Source: Callorhinchus milii
Taxonomy: Eukaryota
DNA length: 64,000 bases
NCBI RefSeq assembly: GCF_018977255.1
Contig: NW_024704746.1
Span: 68,138,001-68,202,000, forward strand
Direction of reading: 5' to 3'
Part shown: in pieces, positions 1 through 12,021 of the stretch
How positions within the stretch are numbered: the first letter of the stretch is position 1
Layout of the letters: each line of letters begins with the position of its first letter
Notes under the pieces: model-generated
What the model saw: only the letters and a program-made list of their open reading frames with translations
What the model was told of the DNA's origin: nothing
The model's database searches: none
Translations under genes and position numbers: made by a program

Positions 1-1026
1 CCCATCTCAGAATGGAATCTCTCTCCGGAAGGATGGACCCCATTTATAGAATTCCAGAGTGTATTAGCCACTGTGCTGCTGGAGACTAACCAGATTGTCA
101 TTGAAAGCACTGTTTGACAACTTTCTGGTTGCTTGCCCGGCTTTGGCTTGCAGGGTCAACAGGAGGAGAGGGAAAACTCCCTGTCCCCACCAAGTCCTAC
201 TGATGAGGATACTGGCTGGTCTGTCATCAACAGGACTTATAGAGTGGCTCAGAAACAGAACTGAGACCACACAGAGGATTGTCTTGATTCTGACATTCCC
301 TTCCCAGCCATATCAGCTCCAAGAAGATGCTGCTTCCCTTCTCTCTCTCTATTTCCTTCATGTATGTGTGTGAGGTTCGAGTGAAGAAGCTCCTTTGGTT
401 CACTTGATCTTGAGCTTTCCCCCATCACCCACTCCATCTAATGTCCTCCCATTACCGGATTTAGCTTTTTTTAATATAAAATATCCGAGATTCTGGCTTA
501 ATGACTTAACTATGTAGAAAGAATGAAAGTAGAAAGAGCTTACATTTTTATAGTGTCTTATCGCCTTAAGACATCTAATTTTACTGTAAACATTGTCACA
601 TATAGTGGCTGTTTTTGGCAGACAAACTCAGCAGCCATTTTGCTCATAGCAAAGTCCCACAAACAACCATGAAGTGAATCATTGATTCATCTGAAGTATT
701 CTTGGCTGAGAGAAACCTGGTGCTCTTTGAGAAAGCTGTGGGTTATCTACCAGGGGACAGCACTTTTGGCAATGGGAGCAATCTCCCAGAGTTGTAGTGT
801 AAGCCCAAGTCCCAACTTGGAGTCTGAACCCACTTCATGACAGATGGAGAGCCAGAGGGGGAGAAATGTGGAATCCTATAGCTCACTTGAGTGACAGATT
901 TATTATTTAATCCACGACTGTTTGCTGGACACTGTTGTGTGCAATTGGCTGCTGTTTTTCGCTCACAAAATATACAGTCACTACACTTTACAGTATATTC
1001 TGTAACTGTAACTTCGCTTCTCTTAC

Positions 1027-1080
1027 CATGGCAGTCTGATTAAGTTGTTCCAATATATTTTTGAGGTATTTTGCAGTCAG
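1027..1080 (-). CDS. Candidate next exon of legumain-like gene, copy b ([18 protein letters not shown])
   Basis: cttctttttcatacag|, |gtaaga; phase 0-0; homologous to 1854-1901. Confidence 0.5.
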
Positions 1081-1853
1081 CTGTATGAAAAAGAAGATCA
1101 ATATATCATGAGATTAAGAGAAGTTTTGCACACTGTTGAGGGAAATTCCAACTATGTCTACATTTGGCAAATTCTTAAACACAGCTTTAAGTTTGAAGCA
1201 GTTTTCTATAAATGTAATGTTACTATCTCCATAAAAACTGATTTCACAATTTGCTCATTTCTGGACCCTCTAAAATGCTACATAAATAAATCAAGACCCA
1301 GGTGAAATTTCTCCACAATTCTTCCACAATACATATCCCACCACTTTCCCATTATAAATCCAGATGTTTCTTAAATAAGTCCAGTGTCCGGACCCAAGCG
1401 CCTAACCATGTAGAACAAAAGAAAAAATAATTTGAATATTTATAGAGTGTTATCACAATTAAAACACCTTAAAGCGTTTTGTGTCAAATATAGCAGCCAT
1501 TTTGCTCACCACAAACAACCATGAGATATAACCGACTGATCTAGGGTATTATTGGCCAGGCCACTACAATGAATTTCAGAATTTTTTTTCATGGCATCTT
1601 TAGCAAGCACCTGAACAGGCAGAGTGGGCCTCAGTTTAATGTCTCTTCCAAATGAGACAACCCCCTATAACACCTTGCTCCCCCCATTACTGCACTGGAG
1701 GGGGAGATCTCGTCCTGAAATGGGTTTGAGCCTGTAACCTTCTGACCCAGAAGCACAAGTTACCATGCGGAGACTTGATTAATGGGAGAAGGGATGTTTA
1801 TGTGCGATACTAAAATTGTTAACAAAGAGAATGTGTAACTCGAGGTCTCTTAC

Positions 1854-1901
1854 TTTGGCAAGTTTATCCTTCAGTATTAAATTGGTGAGGTCTTCAGTCA
1901 A
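1854..1901 (-). CDS. Candidate next exon of legumain-like gene, copy a (LTEDLTNLILKDKLAK)
   Basis: Strong pyrimidine tract + cag|, |gtaaga donor; only phase 0 is open, matching the previous exon; weak likeness to LGMN exon 7. Confidence 0.55.
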
Positions 1902-2452
1902 CTGATTGAAAGACAAGACAATAGACAATCAGACACAAGATCACAGGCAAACTTTCGATCAAAATTTAAAAACAACACCTGATCTCATCTTTGCACAATA
2001 CCCAAGCTGCCATCATCGCATTACAGAATCAAATTATTTCTTAAATGTGTCCCGTCCCCAGCTCAACTATTTATTCTACAAAGAAAGGAGAAAGAACTTG
2101 TGTATTTATAGATCTGATCACTTGAAACCATCTCAAAGTGTTTTATTGTAATTATTGTCAAAAGTAGTTGTGTTTTGTAGGTAAATGTGGTGTCAATTAT
2201 GCACATCGCAAAGGCCCACAAATAGCCATGAGATGAATGAATGGTTAATTTGAAGGATTGTTGGCCAGGACGTTGGGAGACACTTTGTATTCCTCTGTGG
2301 TGGGATCTTTAACATCTACCAAATCTGATGATGATTCTTGTTACTAATTCCTGGAGCACTTCAGCATTTTGATAATCGTTTGCTATCATTACCTCTGAGT
2401 CTTTGTCTGAAAGGAGCCTAATGTCATGAGAAGTTTCAAAATTATTACTCAC

Positions 2453-2528
2453 GTTAGAGTCAGGAAAACTGAGTTGTCCCTCTGATCCATGGCCAGAAAA
2501 GTAGATGAAGATGTTATCTTGGGGTTTA
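2453..2528 (-). CDS. lgmn-like: Legumain-like catalytic-His exon (IYFSGHG)
   Basis: ccacag| acceptor, |gtgagt donor, 76 bp. Confidence 0.92.
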
Positions 2529-5371
2529 CTGTGGTAATAAGTATTTGCAATAAACTGTCACTGTATTTCTATCAGCTGATGCAATAATCATCACGTGCTC
2601 AGTGGTATTTCCATACCCCTACTTACAATAATAATAAGAATCTTTGCATTTGATACAGCGCCTTATCACGTCTTTGAGACGTCTCAAAGCGCTTCACAGG
2701 ATATACTGTAAAGTGTAATACTAGGATCCTATGAGCTGTCTTTACAACTTTGTCCAGTCAGTTGCCTTTTTGGCTTTGAAGACTTATGTAAGTTAACCCC
2801 TAGTGGGGAGAAATTCCCCCCAAGTCTGGATTTACCCTATTTATGTAGATTTCAGAGCATATAGAATTCACCAAGTTATTGGATCCAGACTTAACCTTGA
2901 AGACGGTTTTCTGTAGTTCATGTCTTTGGACATCTGACAAACACGGACTTGAACCTATATAATTGTATGTAAGTTATTTCTGGCCAACTACCTTCCAGAT
3001 GAATCGTTCTTCCATAATCGATTGCATTTTGTAAATCACTTCAAGACAGTTGTTACCATCACCGGTAAGAAACCGTCACTGATTTCAGAGCATTGGTATC
3101 ATTAGAAAGATTAACACGAGATGTTTGTACCTTTTAATCACCCGTCCACTTCCTATTCCGCGAACGGCAGCTTCATTGCCTGTCAGCACCGACAGGAAAT
3201 TCTTTGGAGTAACATCCTGTGTGTGTGTGTGTGTGGGGTGGGGTGGGGGGTAGAATATAAATTGGTTTAATAGAAATATATAATATGAATTATATAATAT
3301 AAAAGTGAGAAATAAGTAATCACTTTATAAAGTTATAATTTTAAAGTTTTTTTTGTTCTTGCATGTATAACGCACTTAAATATGAATTAATGGTGATTGA
3401 ATGACTTTACAATGCTCAGTAGTGCATCAGTGCTCCAACACTCTATCCTGGTTGAGGGTACTATATAAATAATAATACTAATTTACATTTACATCTCAAA
3501 GCACATCACAGGGACAATGGGATTCACTGGTTGTAGTGTATGAAAAGTTAGGAAAGTCTGAGGAACAAACCGTAGACAGAGATCAGTACAGATATACTTA
3601 CTTTTCCAGTGTAGTCTTTTTGGACGCCTTCATACACATTGAGTTCAGATTGGCTGCTGATGAGAACACCTGGAGTTGGGTTTCTGGTTGCCCAAGAGAA
3701 GTCAAGAAAGGAAATGACCAATATGAGCACACTTATCACTTCCAATTTTTTTTCCTCTCCATCGTTTCTAACTATTCCCCTGGGGAGCGGAGAGGTAGGT
3801 GTTGGGGCTAAACTGGCTTCAGGGTGACTTGCTTGGCATTGGAATGTGGAATCAAGTGAACTCTCTGCGGTGCTTTTGGTCTTCCAGCTCCTGAGATGGG
3901 CAGGTCCTGGACATGGCTGATAGGGCCAGCAAATCCAGCTCATTGGCAAGCCGTATAGAGACAGAGTCATCTCCATGGGACAGGGATTCTTCCTTTAAGC
4001 TTCTGTTAACCCTGCAAGCAAAGACCCTAATGGGTGGGAAGGTCCAAGCTGGACATGGAATGGACAGGTGGTTTTAATGGCAAACTAATGTTTTTTAGCT
4101 GGTGGAACTCCAGCAATTAACCCAATCTATACTCTGGGGTCTCCAAGCTGTGGCTCACTCCAACTTGTGTATAATCTTCTCCAGAATTAGATAAGCCGGG
4201 TGTGTCACTCCAGGAAGAAAGTGCCATGATAGTCACATGTTAACAAGAAAGCTTCAGATGAAGAGGATCCTTTAGCTTTCCAGAATCTCAACCCTACTTT
4301 CTTCTCATTGTAACATCAATAATAATAATAATTCTTGCATTTGATATAGCACTTTTCACGTCTTCTTGACGTCTCAAAGCTCTTCACAGAATATGCTGTA
4401 AAGTGAATTGACTATATATTTGTGGGCAAATCAACATGTTCCTTAAAGCATTCAGCAATCTGGCCTTTACCAACATTCCTTTCTAGCTTTTGTTTAGCTT
4501 CTGTATAAAGAAATAATAATAATAATGAGGTCACAAGATTGGTTTGGATGGAGAAGATTAATGACTGAATAGACTAATAAATATATATACTTTCATTGTT
4601 TACCTGTCATTGTGCGCAATGTCGTCGTACATCATCACCACTATCTGTTCAGCTGGAATCTTGTTCCTACGGACAATCTGATAGGCATGACATATGTTGG
4701 CCTGAAAATAAAAAATATTTAACATTTTAGACCTCCAGAAGATAGCAACGAGGGGATCTAAAGGAGAATTTAGGAGGAACTATTTCACACAGAGGGTAGT
4801 GAGATTATGGAACTCGCTGCCAGAAGTGGTGGTTGAATCAGACGGTGTAGATGCATTGAAGAGGAAAATAAACCTTCACATGAGGGAGAGGTGAATAGAA
4901 GGGTTTGGGAGGGAGGGAGTGAGGAATGGGTGAAGACTTGTGTGGAGTATAAACACCAGTACAGACTGGTTGGGCCTCGTGACCTGTTTCTGTGTTGTAC
5001 GTTCTGGGTGAATCTTCACATCTGATGTGAAAGACGGCATCTCCAACAATCCAGAGTTCCCCCAGTTCAACAACAACAACAACTTGGATTTATACAGTGC
5101 CCTCCACGCCGGACGGCGTCTCAGAGCACTTGTTCTGAATTGGAGTGTTATCTTTCACTGTGATCTACACTCCCAACATTTGGCTTCAACACACAACCTT
5201 CACAAAGGCGAAACCATGACAAGAGGAGGAGCCAAACTGATACGTCAGAAGACATTTCACTGATGTCTGAAGCCAATAATAATGGAATTGCTTCACTTAC
5301 CTGATCACAATAGTCGTCCCAGGTCTTTGAACCTGCCACAAGCAGGACCCACTGTTTGACGGGGGTTGTAT
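2453..5371 (-). CDS. lgmn-like: Legumain-like (peptidase C13) gene, divergent paralog; securely identified exons join(5371-5301,4701-4604,3683-3602,3216-3131,2528-2453)
   Basis: Five AG..GT exons splice in frame: (D)[137 protein letters not shown]. This is colinear with legumain. Exon sizes 98/82/86/76 bp match human LGMN exons 3-6 as I recall them. The 3' half of the gene is unresolved. Confidence 0.93.
3131..3216 (-). CDS. lgmn-like: Legumain-like exon ([15 protein letters not shown])
   Basis: cacag| acceptor, |gtacaa donor, 86 bp. Confidence 0.92.
3602..3683 (-). CDS. lgmn-like: Legumain-like exon (NPTPG..KDYTGK)
   Basis: accag| acceptor, |gtaagt donor, 82 bp; lies within track ORF 3548..3976. 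Confidence 0.92.
4604..4701 (-). CDS. lgmn-like: Legumain-like exon ([18 protein letters not shown])
   Basis: ttttcag| acceptor, |gtaaac donor, 98 bp. Confidence 0.93.
5301..5371 (-). CDS. lgmn-like: Legumain-like exon ([13 protein letters not shown])
   Basis: ttacag| acceptor, |gtaagt donor, 71 bp, phase 1-0. Confidence 0.9.
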
Positions 5372-5561
5372 CTGTAATTAATTATAATAATATTTTATTT
5401 TATATTTTGCTAAAATTGAGTTACGGAGCCAATGTCTCAAATACATAATATTTAAATATATACCACAACTTGTGAGGCGAGACCGGAAAGTTAAATAGCT
5501 CCTCTTTCTCTTTCTCTTTCTCTTTCTCTTTCGGACCAACTCACTTTTTTTTAACACAAAC

Positions 5562-5571
5562 GGGACTTTCC
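5562..5571 (+). promoter_or_regulatory. Canonical NF-kB site GGGACTTTCC (intron of the legumain-like gene)
   Basis: Exact kB consensus; function is inferred. Confidence 0.4.
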
Positions 5572-5883
5572 TAAATCAACAGTTTACTATCCTATCTAAC
5601 TGCCGACACAGCGTCAGTGTGTCACTGAGCACCTGCCTGAACTACAGTAAAACATTACGCATTTGGTCCAGACTACAAGTGCACCAAACTAAGAACTAAT
5701 CAATTTATCCTGAGGAATATTAGTCAGTGCACCAGAACAACAACAAGAAGAAGATTACATTTGTATAGCGCCTTTCACATCTGGAGGACGTCCCCAGACG
5801 CTGAACAAACTGCTTGTTCTCTTTTGATAACTGATTTGAGATCCTTAACATTGCCCAGGACCTTGTGTAATATATCATCTGAA

Positions 5884-6328
5884 GGAGTCCTGTAGCTCAG
5901 TGGTTAGAGCACTCGCCTCGCAAGCGAGAGGACCCGGGTTTGATTCCCGGCATCGCAAAACATTGGGCCAGTTTCCTTACTCCACACACCTCTGTTTACT
6001 TAGCAGTAAGTAGGAACCCGTTTTTTTAGTCAATTGGATCGCTTTTCCAAGCATAATAATAGCTTCAAAAAATAATCATAATAATTTGGTCATTTAATCA
6101 ATCAATAAATAAATAAAATCCTTCAAAACATGATTTAAACAATAATAATAATTTGGTCACTCAATCCACGACTGTTTGTGGGACGCTGCTGTGTGCGATT
6201 GGCTGCTGCATTTCGCTCACAAAATATACAGTGAATTCACTTTACAGTGTATCCTGTGAGACGTCTCGAAGACATGATAAGGCGCTGTATCAAATGCAAG
6301 GGTTATTATTATTATCATCATTATTATT
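5884..6328 (+). mobile_element. Full-length tRNA-head / L2-tail SINE, the dominant family (EshSINE/SINE2-CM-like)
   Basis: tRNA-like head with A/B boxes, conserved body, gagacgtctc..gataaggcgc..(att)n tail; dozens of partial copies across the window. Confidence 0.9.
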
Positions 6329-7293
6329 AAGGACGGCACCTGTGAAAATGAAACACTCCTCCCAGTACAACATCAGAGTGTAGTACTTGGGACGTTCTGC
6401 TGATGTGAAAGGCGCTATACAAATGTCATTTGTTGTTGCTGTTAGTCTTGACCGTGAGCTTAAAACTCTGTGTGGTTTGATCCCATACCCTTCTGACCTA
6501 TTGGGCCACTTCTGCATGTAATGCTCACCTGAATCTTTCCCCACAAATGGTAGGATTCAAAGATACATTTAACAAATAGAACAATTATTTTCAACCAAAT
6601 GTGAATTAAAAGTGAAACTGTTACAGTTATAATAATAATCTTTGCATTTAATATAGCGCCTTAACACATCATTGATACGTCTCAAAGCGCTTCACGGGTA
6701 TACGTAAAGTGATGTGACTGTGTATTTTGTGGGTGAACTGCGACAGCCAGTTGTACTTAGCAATGTCCCACAAACAGCCATGGAGTGAGTGACCAATTTT
6801 ACTCAGGGGATTGTTGGCCAGGACATTGGGAGTGACTTTTCAAATAGCGTTGTGGGATTTTTAACATCCACTTGAATAGACAGACGTGACCTCGGTTTAA
6901 CAGCTCATCCGAAGGGGCATCTGACAGTGCAACACTCACCCCAGCGCTGCATTGGAGCGTCAGCTTAGTCTGTGTGATTCCAACTCTTGATGTGGGGGCT
7001 TGAACCACCTTCTGACTCAAGAGACGGGAGAGAGAGAGAGTGAGAGAGAGCAAGAACGAGAGAGAGCGCAAGAGAGAGAGAGCTACCACGGCACCAGACT
7101 GAGACACAATCAGAAATCGAACCCAAAACATCTTGAGTTGACCCTCAATCACTCAGTTTTACCTCAGACCGTGTCTTCTGACAATGATCTCAAATTACCC
7201 CAAATTATTAATCACTTATTGATCAGAAAAACATTTTTTTTAAATTCAAACTGCACTTAAAGCGACAAAAATGCTAAAACGAGTGTGCCTTAC

Positions 7294-7411
7294 CCATCAG
7301 CTCACGTCTGCTGCTCAACACCCAGAAGCTCTAAAGGAAATAACGCCAAGACCAAGCAGTGCTAATCATAATTGAGCTAATCGTTGGGCGTGTTCTATCT
7401 CGGACTTTATA
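7294..7411 (-). promoter_or_regulatory. Candidate TATA box and first exon of the legumain-like gene
   Basis: TATAAA at 7411-7406 (minus). About 110 bp downstream is ATG G|gtaagg (7297-7294), phase-1 compatible with exon 5371. Confidence 0.45.
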
Positions 7412-7578
7412 CTCTGACTGTGTACCGGGTTTTTCCTGGGAAAAGCATCAAAATAGGAATCCAAGAAATCACATGTGCACGAGGTGAAAGGTTGGTTATA
7501 ATAATAATAATAATTCTTACCTTTGATATAGCGCCTTATCACGCACATCTTCGAGACGTCTCAAAGCGCTTCACAGAA

Positions 7579-7973
7579 GCTTTGAGAGTCTCGAAGACGT
7601 GATAAGGGGCTGTATCTAATGCGAGGATTATTATTATTGTTGTTTGGATCTAACTTTGTGGACTTGTGTTGTGTTTACTGCGCTGTGATGTGGTTACACA
7701 GATGACTGGTGATGACAAGGTTCATCGGCGTGACTCGAATTTGGTTGTGAATTTGGCACTGACTTTGGAGTTTTTAGTTTCACATTCAGCGAGATTGCTG
7801 GGAAACACCATCGGCAAAATTGTTGTATGTCTGGAAAGTCCCACGAAAATTACTTTCCTTTATGTACTTTACCAAACACGTCATCCCCACTCCCTCCCCG
7901 ACCCCATTCCCACCTGTAAACGAGAGGGACAGGTGTTCGATTCCCGGTGAGGGCGAAACGTTGGGCAATTTTT
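7579..7973. repeat. Inverted duplication, left copy (partner 10834-11231); carries NF-kB, ISRE-like and RUNX motifs
   Basis: Reverse complement of 10834-11231 with scattered substitutions; track ORFs 7666..7950(+) and 10889..11191(-) give nearly the same peptide. Confidence 0.95.
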
Positions 7974-9650
7974 GACACTTCTCAAAGATGTGATAAGGTG
8001 CTATATCAAATGCAAGGATTATTATTATACTATTAAATATTCTCAGCCTTGCCCCACAGCCTTTACTCCACATGCCTCTGCTTACCCAGCAGTAAATAGG
8101 AATTCGGTTGTTAGTCGATTGATGGATCGTTTTTCTGGGGCTAATAATCCCTTCAAAGACAACAATAATAATAATAATTCTGTCACACAAACCACGGCTG
8201 TGCACAATTGGCTGCCGCGTTTCACCCACAAAATATAGTCAGTTCACTTTACCTTATATTCTGTGAAGCGCTTTGAGACATCTTGAAGATGTGATAAGGC
8301 GCAATATCAAATGCAAGGATTATTATTATACATTAAAGATGATCAGCTTTGCCCACGTCACTCTACTGCATTACGCTTCCTGGCTTTCCTTCCGGCCATT
8401 AACTGACTTCTCTCTCAGCTCCTGAATACTTTCTGTGATTGCTCAAAATCAAACTCATTGTTATTATATTACATAGTGGGGCCTAAAGAGGAAAGGGAAT
8501 TAAATAAATATTTGGAAGGAAAACATTATAAAAGAGTGTGAGAGGTAGAGGAGAGGGACTGGTTAGCTGGCCGCTGGCACCGAGGGCTGGTGTGGGCACT
8601 AAGGGCCAAGTGGCCTAAACTGACACTAAACCGTGTGAGGATCTTGAAATCTAAAGAGTTCCAAAGTAGCCGACTGCGACACTTTTGGGAATCTCCGGTT
8701 AATAATCCTTTTGAGACCCACATTGTAAATCCTTTTATTACACTCTCAACATATTAAGATTATGTACACTGGAGAGAGGCCAGGACAGAGGCTATTACAG
8801 AAACAGCTCAATGCTACATTGGGAGGATGATGTATTCCTAAAGGTTGAGATCAAATGGGTCGAAGGGTCCCCTTCATCCAAAACTGATTTAAGATCCCTG
8901 TGAGTATCTTTACTGGATTTGAATTCTGGATGGTTTCCAGCTTTGAGTCTGGAGTCATTGGTCTCAGGTTTGGAATCTGCCTCAGTGTGTTTAGTGGAGG
9001 TATATACTAATGTCTCACTCTGGATTGTAGCGACGTTCTGTCAGTCAGTGCTGCATTCCCCATCCTCCTATCTCCTATCACTTCACATTCCTCCTTTGCC
9101 TCCTTCAAAGCAAGTCTCAAGGCTCCACTCTGCAACTGTATCTTCGGCCACCCTTCACCCTTCGGTCATCCTCCCAGCCCTCCACCCCTCCTGATCTCAA
9201 CCCACAGCTCGGGTCCAAATCCCTGACTGTCCAGCCCCTTGGGACGTCCTCCCAACATGAAAGGCGCTGTGTAAATGTAATTTGTTACCATTGTTGGTCA
9301 CTTCCCGAAGGTGACCTGTGTTTAGGATGGAGCTACTATGAAGTCCTCAGATAGAATTTTTTTAAAAATAATAATTTGGTCACTCAATCTACAACTGTGC
9401 GCAATTGGCTGCCATGTTTCACCAAAACACTGTCAATTCATTTTGCGTAGGAGATACACAAACCACCTGGTTCCAGAATTCCCATATCATGGGAATTAAG
9501 TTAATTATAACAATATTGTTACACTTTTATCTTCTCTAATAATGATAATCCTCGCATTTACTATAGCGCCTTATCACGTCTTTGAGACGTCTCAAAGCGC
9601 TTCACAGAATATACTGCAAATGGACGTGTTATTATGACATTCATACACAT

Positions 9651-10027
9651 GGAACCCTGTAGCTCAGTGGTTAGAGCACTCGCCTCGCAAGCGAGAGGAC
9701 CTGGGTTTGATTCTTGCATAAGGTGAAACGTTAGGTAAGTTTCCTTACTCCACACACCTCGGTTTACCTCGCAGTAAGTAGAAACCCGGTTGTAGGTCGA
9801 TTGGCAGATCACTTTCCAGGGGTAATAATCACCTGAATTTTTTTTAAAAAAGAATAATGTGGTCACTCAATCCACGACTGTTTGTGGAACACTGGTGTGT
9901 GCAATTGGCTGCCACATTTCGCCCACAAAATATAGTCAATTCACTTTACAGTATATCCTGTGAAGCGCTTTGAGACATCTTGAAGGAGTGATAAAGCGCT
10001 GCATCAAAATCAAGGGTTAGTATTATT
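9651..10027 (+). mobile_element. Same SINE, near full length
   Basis: Head-body-tail as at 5884. Confidence 0.88.
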
Positions 10028-10294
10028 CACAGTAAAGCCCAGGCGAGTGGATTGGTGGATGAAGCATCTGAGACGTGCTGACTGATAACTACTGTGATCC
10101 TACTTGCACATCTGTAAATCTTTTCTATAACTTACACTTTTCTTTAAACCTGAGACAACTGCAAGATGAACATAAAACATACAAAAAACACACCAAAGGC
10201 AGACGGAACACGCCTGGAAATGTACAGATGAAACAAAAACTGTCGAATGTCTGAGATGATGAACAGGAAAAGTGTCAATTGGGAATTTGCACAG

Positions 10295-10810
10295 AAGTCT
10301 GAGTCACACCAGTCACAAACAATTTGTACGCAGGTACAGCAAGCAACTAGGAAGGCTAATGGCATGTTGGCATTTAATGAAAAAGGGTTAGAGTACAAGA
10401 GTAGGGAGGTCTTGCTGCAGTTGTATGAGGCCTTGGTGAGACTGGACCTGGAATATTGTGTGCAGTTTTGGTCTCCTTATTTAAGAAAGGACATACTCGC
10501 CTTAGAGGGGGTGCAGCGTAGATTCACTAGGTTGGTTCCTGGGATGAGGGGGTTGACCTATGAGGATAGGTTGAGTAAACCAGGCCTATATTTTCTAGAA
10601 TATAGAAGAATTAGGGGTGATCGTAGAGAAACATATAAGATTCTTATGGGGCTTGACAGAGTAGACAGTACGAGACTATTTCCTCTGGTAGGAGAATCTA
10701 GAACTAGGGGTCACAGTCTTAAGATTAAGGGACAGCCTTTTCGAACAGAGTTGAGGAATTTATGGACTACCCGAATGGCCTACCTCTGCTCCTAATTCCT
10801 TTGTTCCTAT
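10295..10810 (+). mobile_element. CR1 LINE 3' fragment
   Basis: LVRLDLEYCVQFWSPYLRKDI..VQRRFTRL. Confidence 0.92.
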
Positions 10811-10833
10811 AACCCTCCAAAAAAAAGTAAATA

Positions 10834-11231
10834 AAAAATTGCCCAACATTTCGCCCTGCCCAGGAACTGAACACCTGTCCTCTCATTTTCAGGGGTGGGG
10901 GGTGGGAATGGGGTCGGGGAGGGAGTGGGGATGATGTGTTTGGCAAAGCACATAAAGGAAAGTAATTTTCGTGGGACTTTCCAGACATACAACAATTTTG
11001 CCGATGGTGTTTCCCAGCAATCTCGCTGAATGTGAAACTAAAAACTCCAAAGTCAGTGCCAAATTCACAACCAAATACGAGTCACGCCGATGAACCTTGT
11101 CATCACCAGTCATCTGTGTAACCACATCACAGCGCAGTAAACACAAGTCAACAAAATTAGATCCAAACAACAATAATAATAATCTTCGCATTAGATACAG
11201 CCCCTTATCACGTCTTCGAGACTCTCAAAGC
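10834..11231. repeat. Inverted duplication, right copy (partner 7579-7973)
   Basis: See partner; GGGACTTTCC at 10973-10982. Confidence 0.95.
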
Positions 11232-11928
11232 GCTTCACAGAATATACCGTACAGTGAATTGATATATATTTTGTGGGTGAAAGGCAACAGCCATTTGCAC
11301 ACAGCAGTGACCCACAAAGTAATGGATTAAAGCTCTAACCAATACGTTACAGGAAATTTATCAATAAATAAATTTACATTAACTAATCAAAATGATAAAC
11401 AGTGGAGGACATCATATTATGTTACAATCTAATTAAACTATACAACAGTAAATTATTTCATAAAATCATATTCTAAACCTATCATCATTGAAACTACAAC
11501 ACAGAGGAGTCCATTCAGCCATCAATAATTTGTCCATTCAATAATTTGGTCACTTAATCTACGACTGTTTGTGGGACACTGCTCTGTGCAATTGGCTGCG
11601 GTATTTTGTACAGTCAACTCATTTCACAGTTTGTTCTGTAAAGCGCTTTGAGACGTCTTGAAGATGTAATAAGGCGCTGTATCAAATGCAAGGATTATTA
11701 TTATTATTCCTCGCAGCCTGCGGCATGTCGTGTCAATGGTGTGTTTGCCCACACAAGAGTCGTTACAGTTCAAAGTAACTCATTGTGTGAAGCACTTTGA
11801 GGGGTTTCAGATGCAAATGTAGTCATCATGTACCATCACATGAAGGGATTCACTGAAGGCTGTGTGTCCGAGGTTGGAGCTGCTGTTCAGGTCTGTCAGT
11901 ATTGAGCAAATGTTTCTCAGTCAATGGT

Positions 11929-12021
11929 TCATCGCAACACTTGGCTGTACACCATCTCCTCCTCTCTTCTCGTTACTCGACCGGGCTTCTTCAGATCCAG
12001 CTGTGCATAGCAGATGTTCTC
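11929..12021 (-). CDS. Ig receptor terminal exon with two ITIM-type motifs
   Basis: ENICYAQLDLKKPGRVTRREEEMVYSQVLR*. Confidence 0.85.
   Translation of the reverse strand, partial: ENICYAQLDLKKPGRVTRREEEMVYSQVLR

Noticed and set aside
1150-1225. Minus-frame ITFIENCFKLKAVFKNLP resembling the legumain catalytic YIEAC exon
   Set aside because: No phase-0 acceptor or good donor; similarity too weak to separate from chance
1340-1398. Frame AWVRTLDLFKKHLDL* resembling an alpha/beta-hydrolase C-terminus
   Set aside because: No upstream hydrolase exons; the block is explained by the local duplication
5884-5955. tRNA gene (also at 9651, 32657, 34886, 39609, 58582)
   Set aside because: tRNA-derived SINE heads joined to a SINE body and tail
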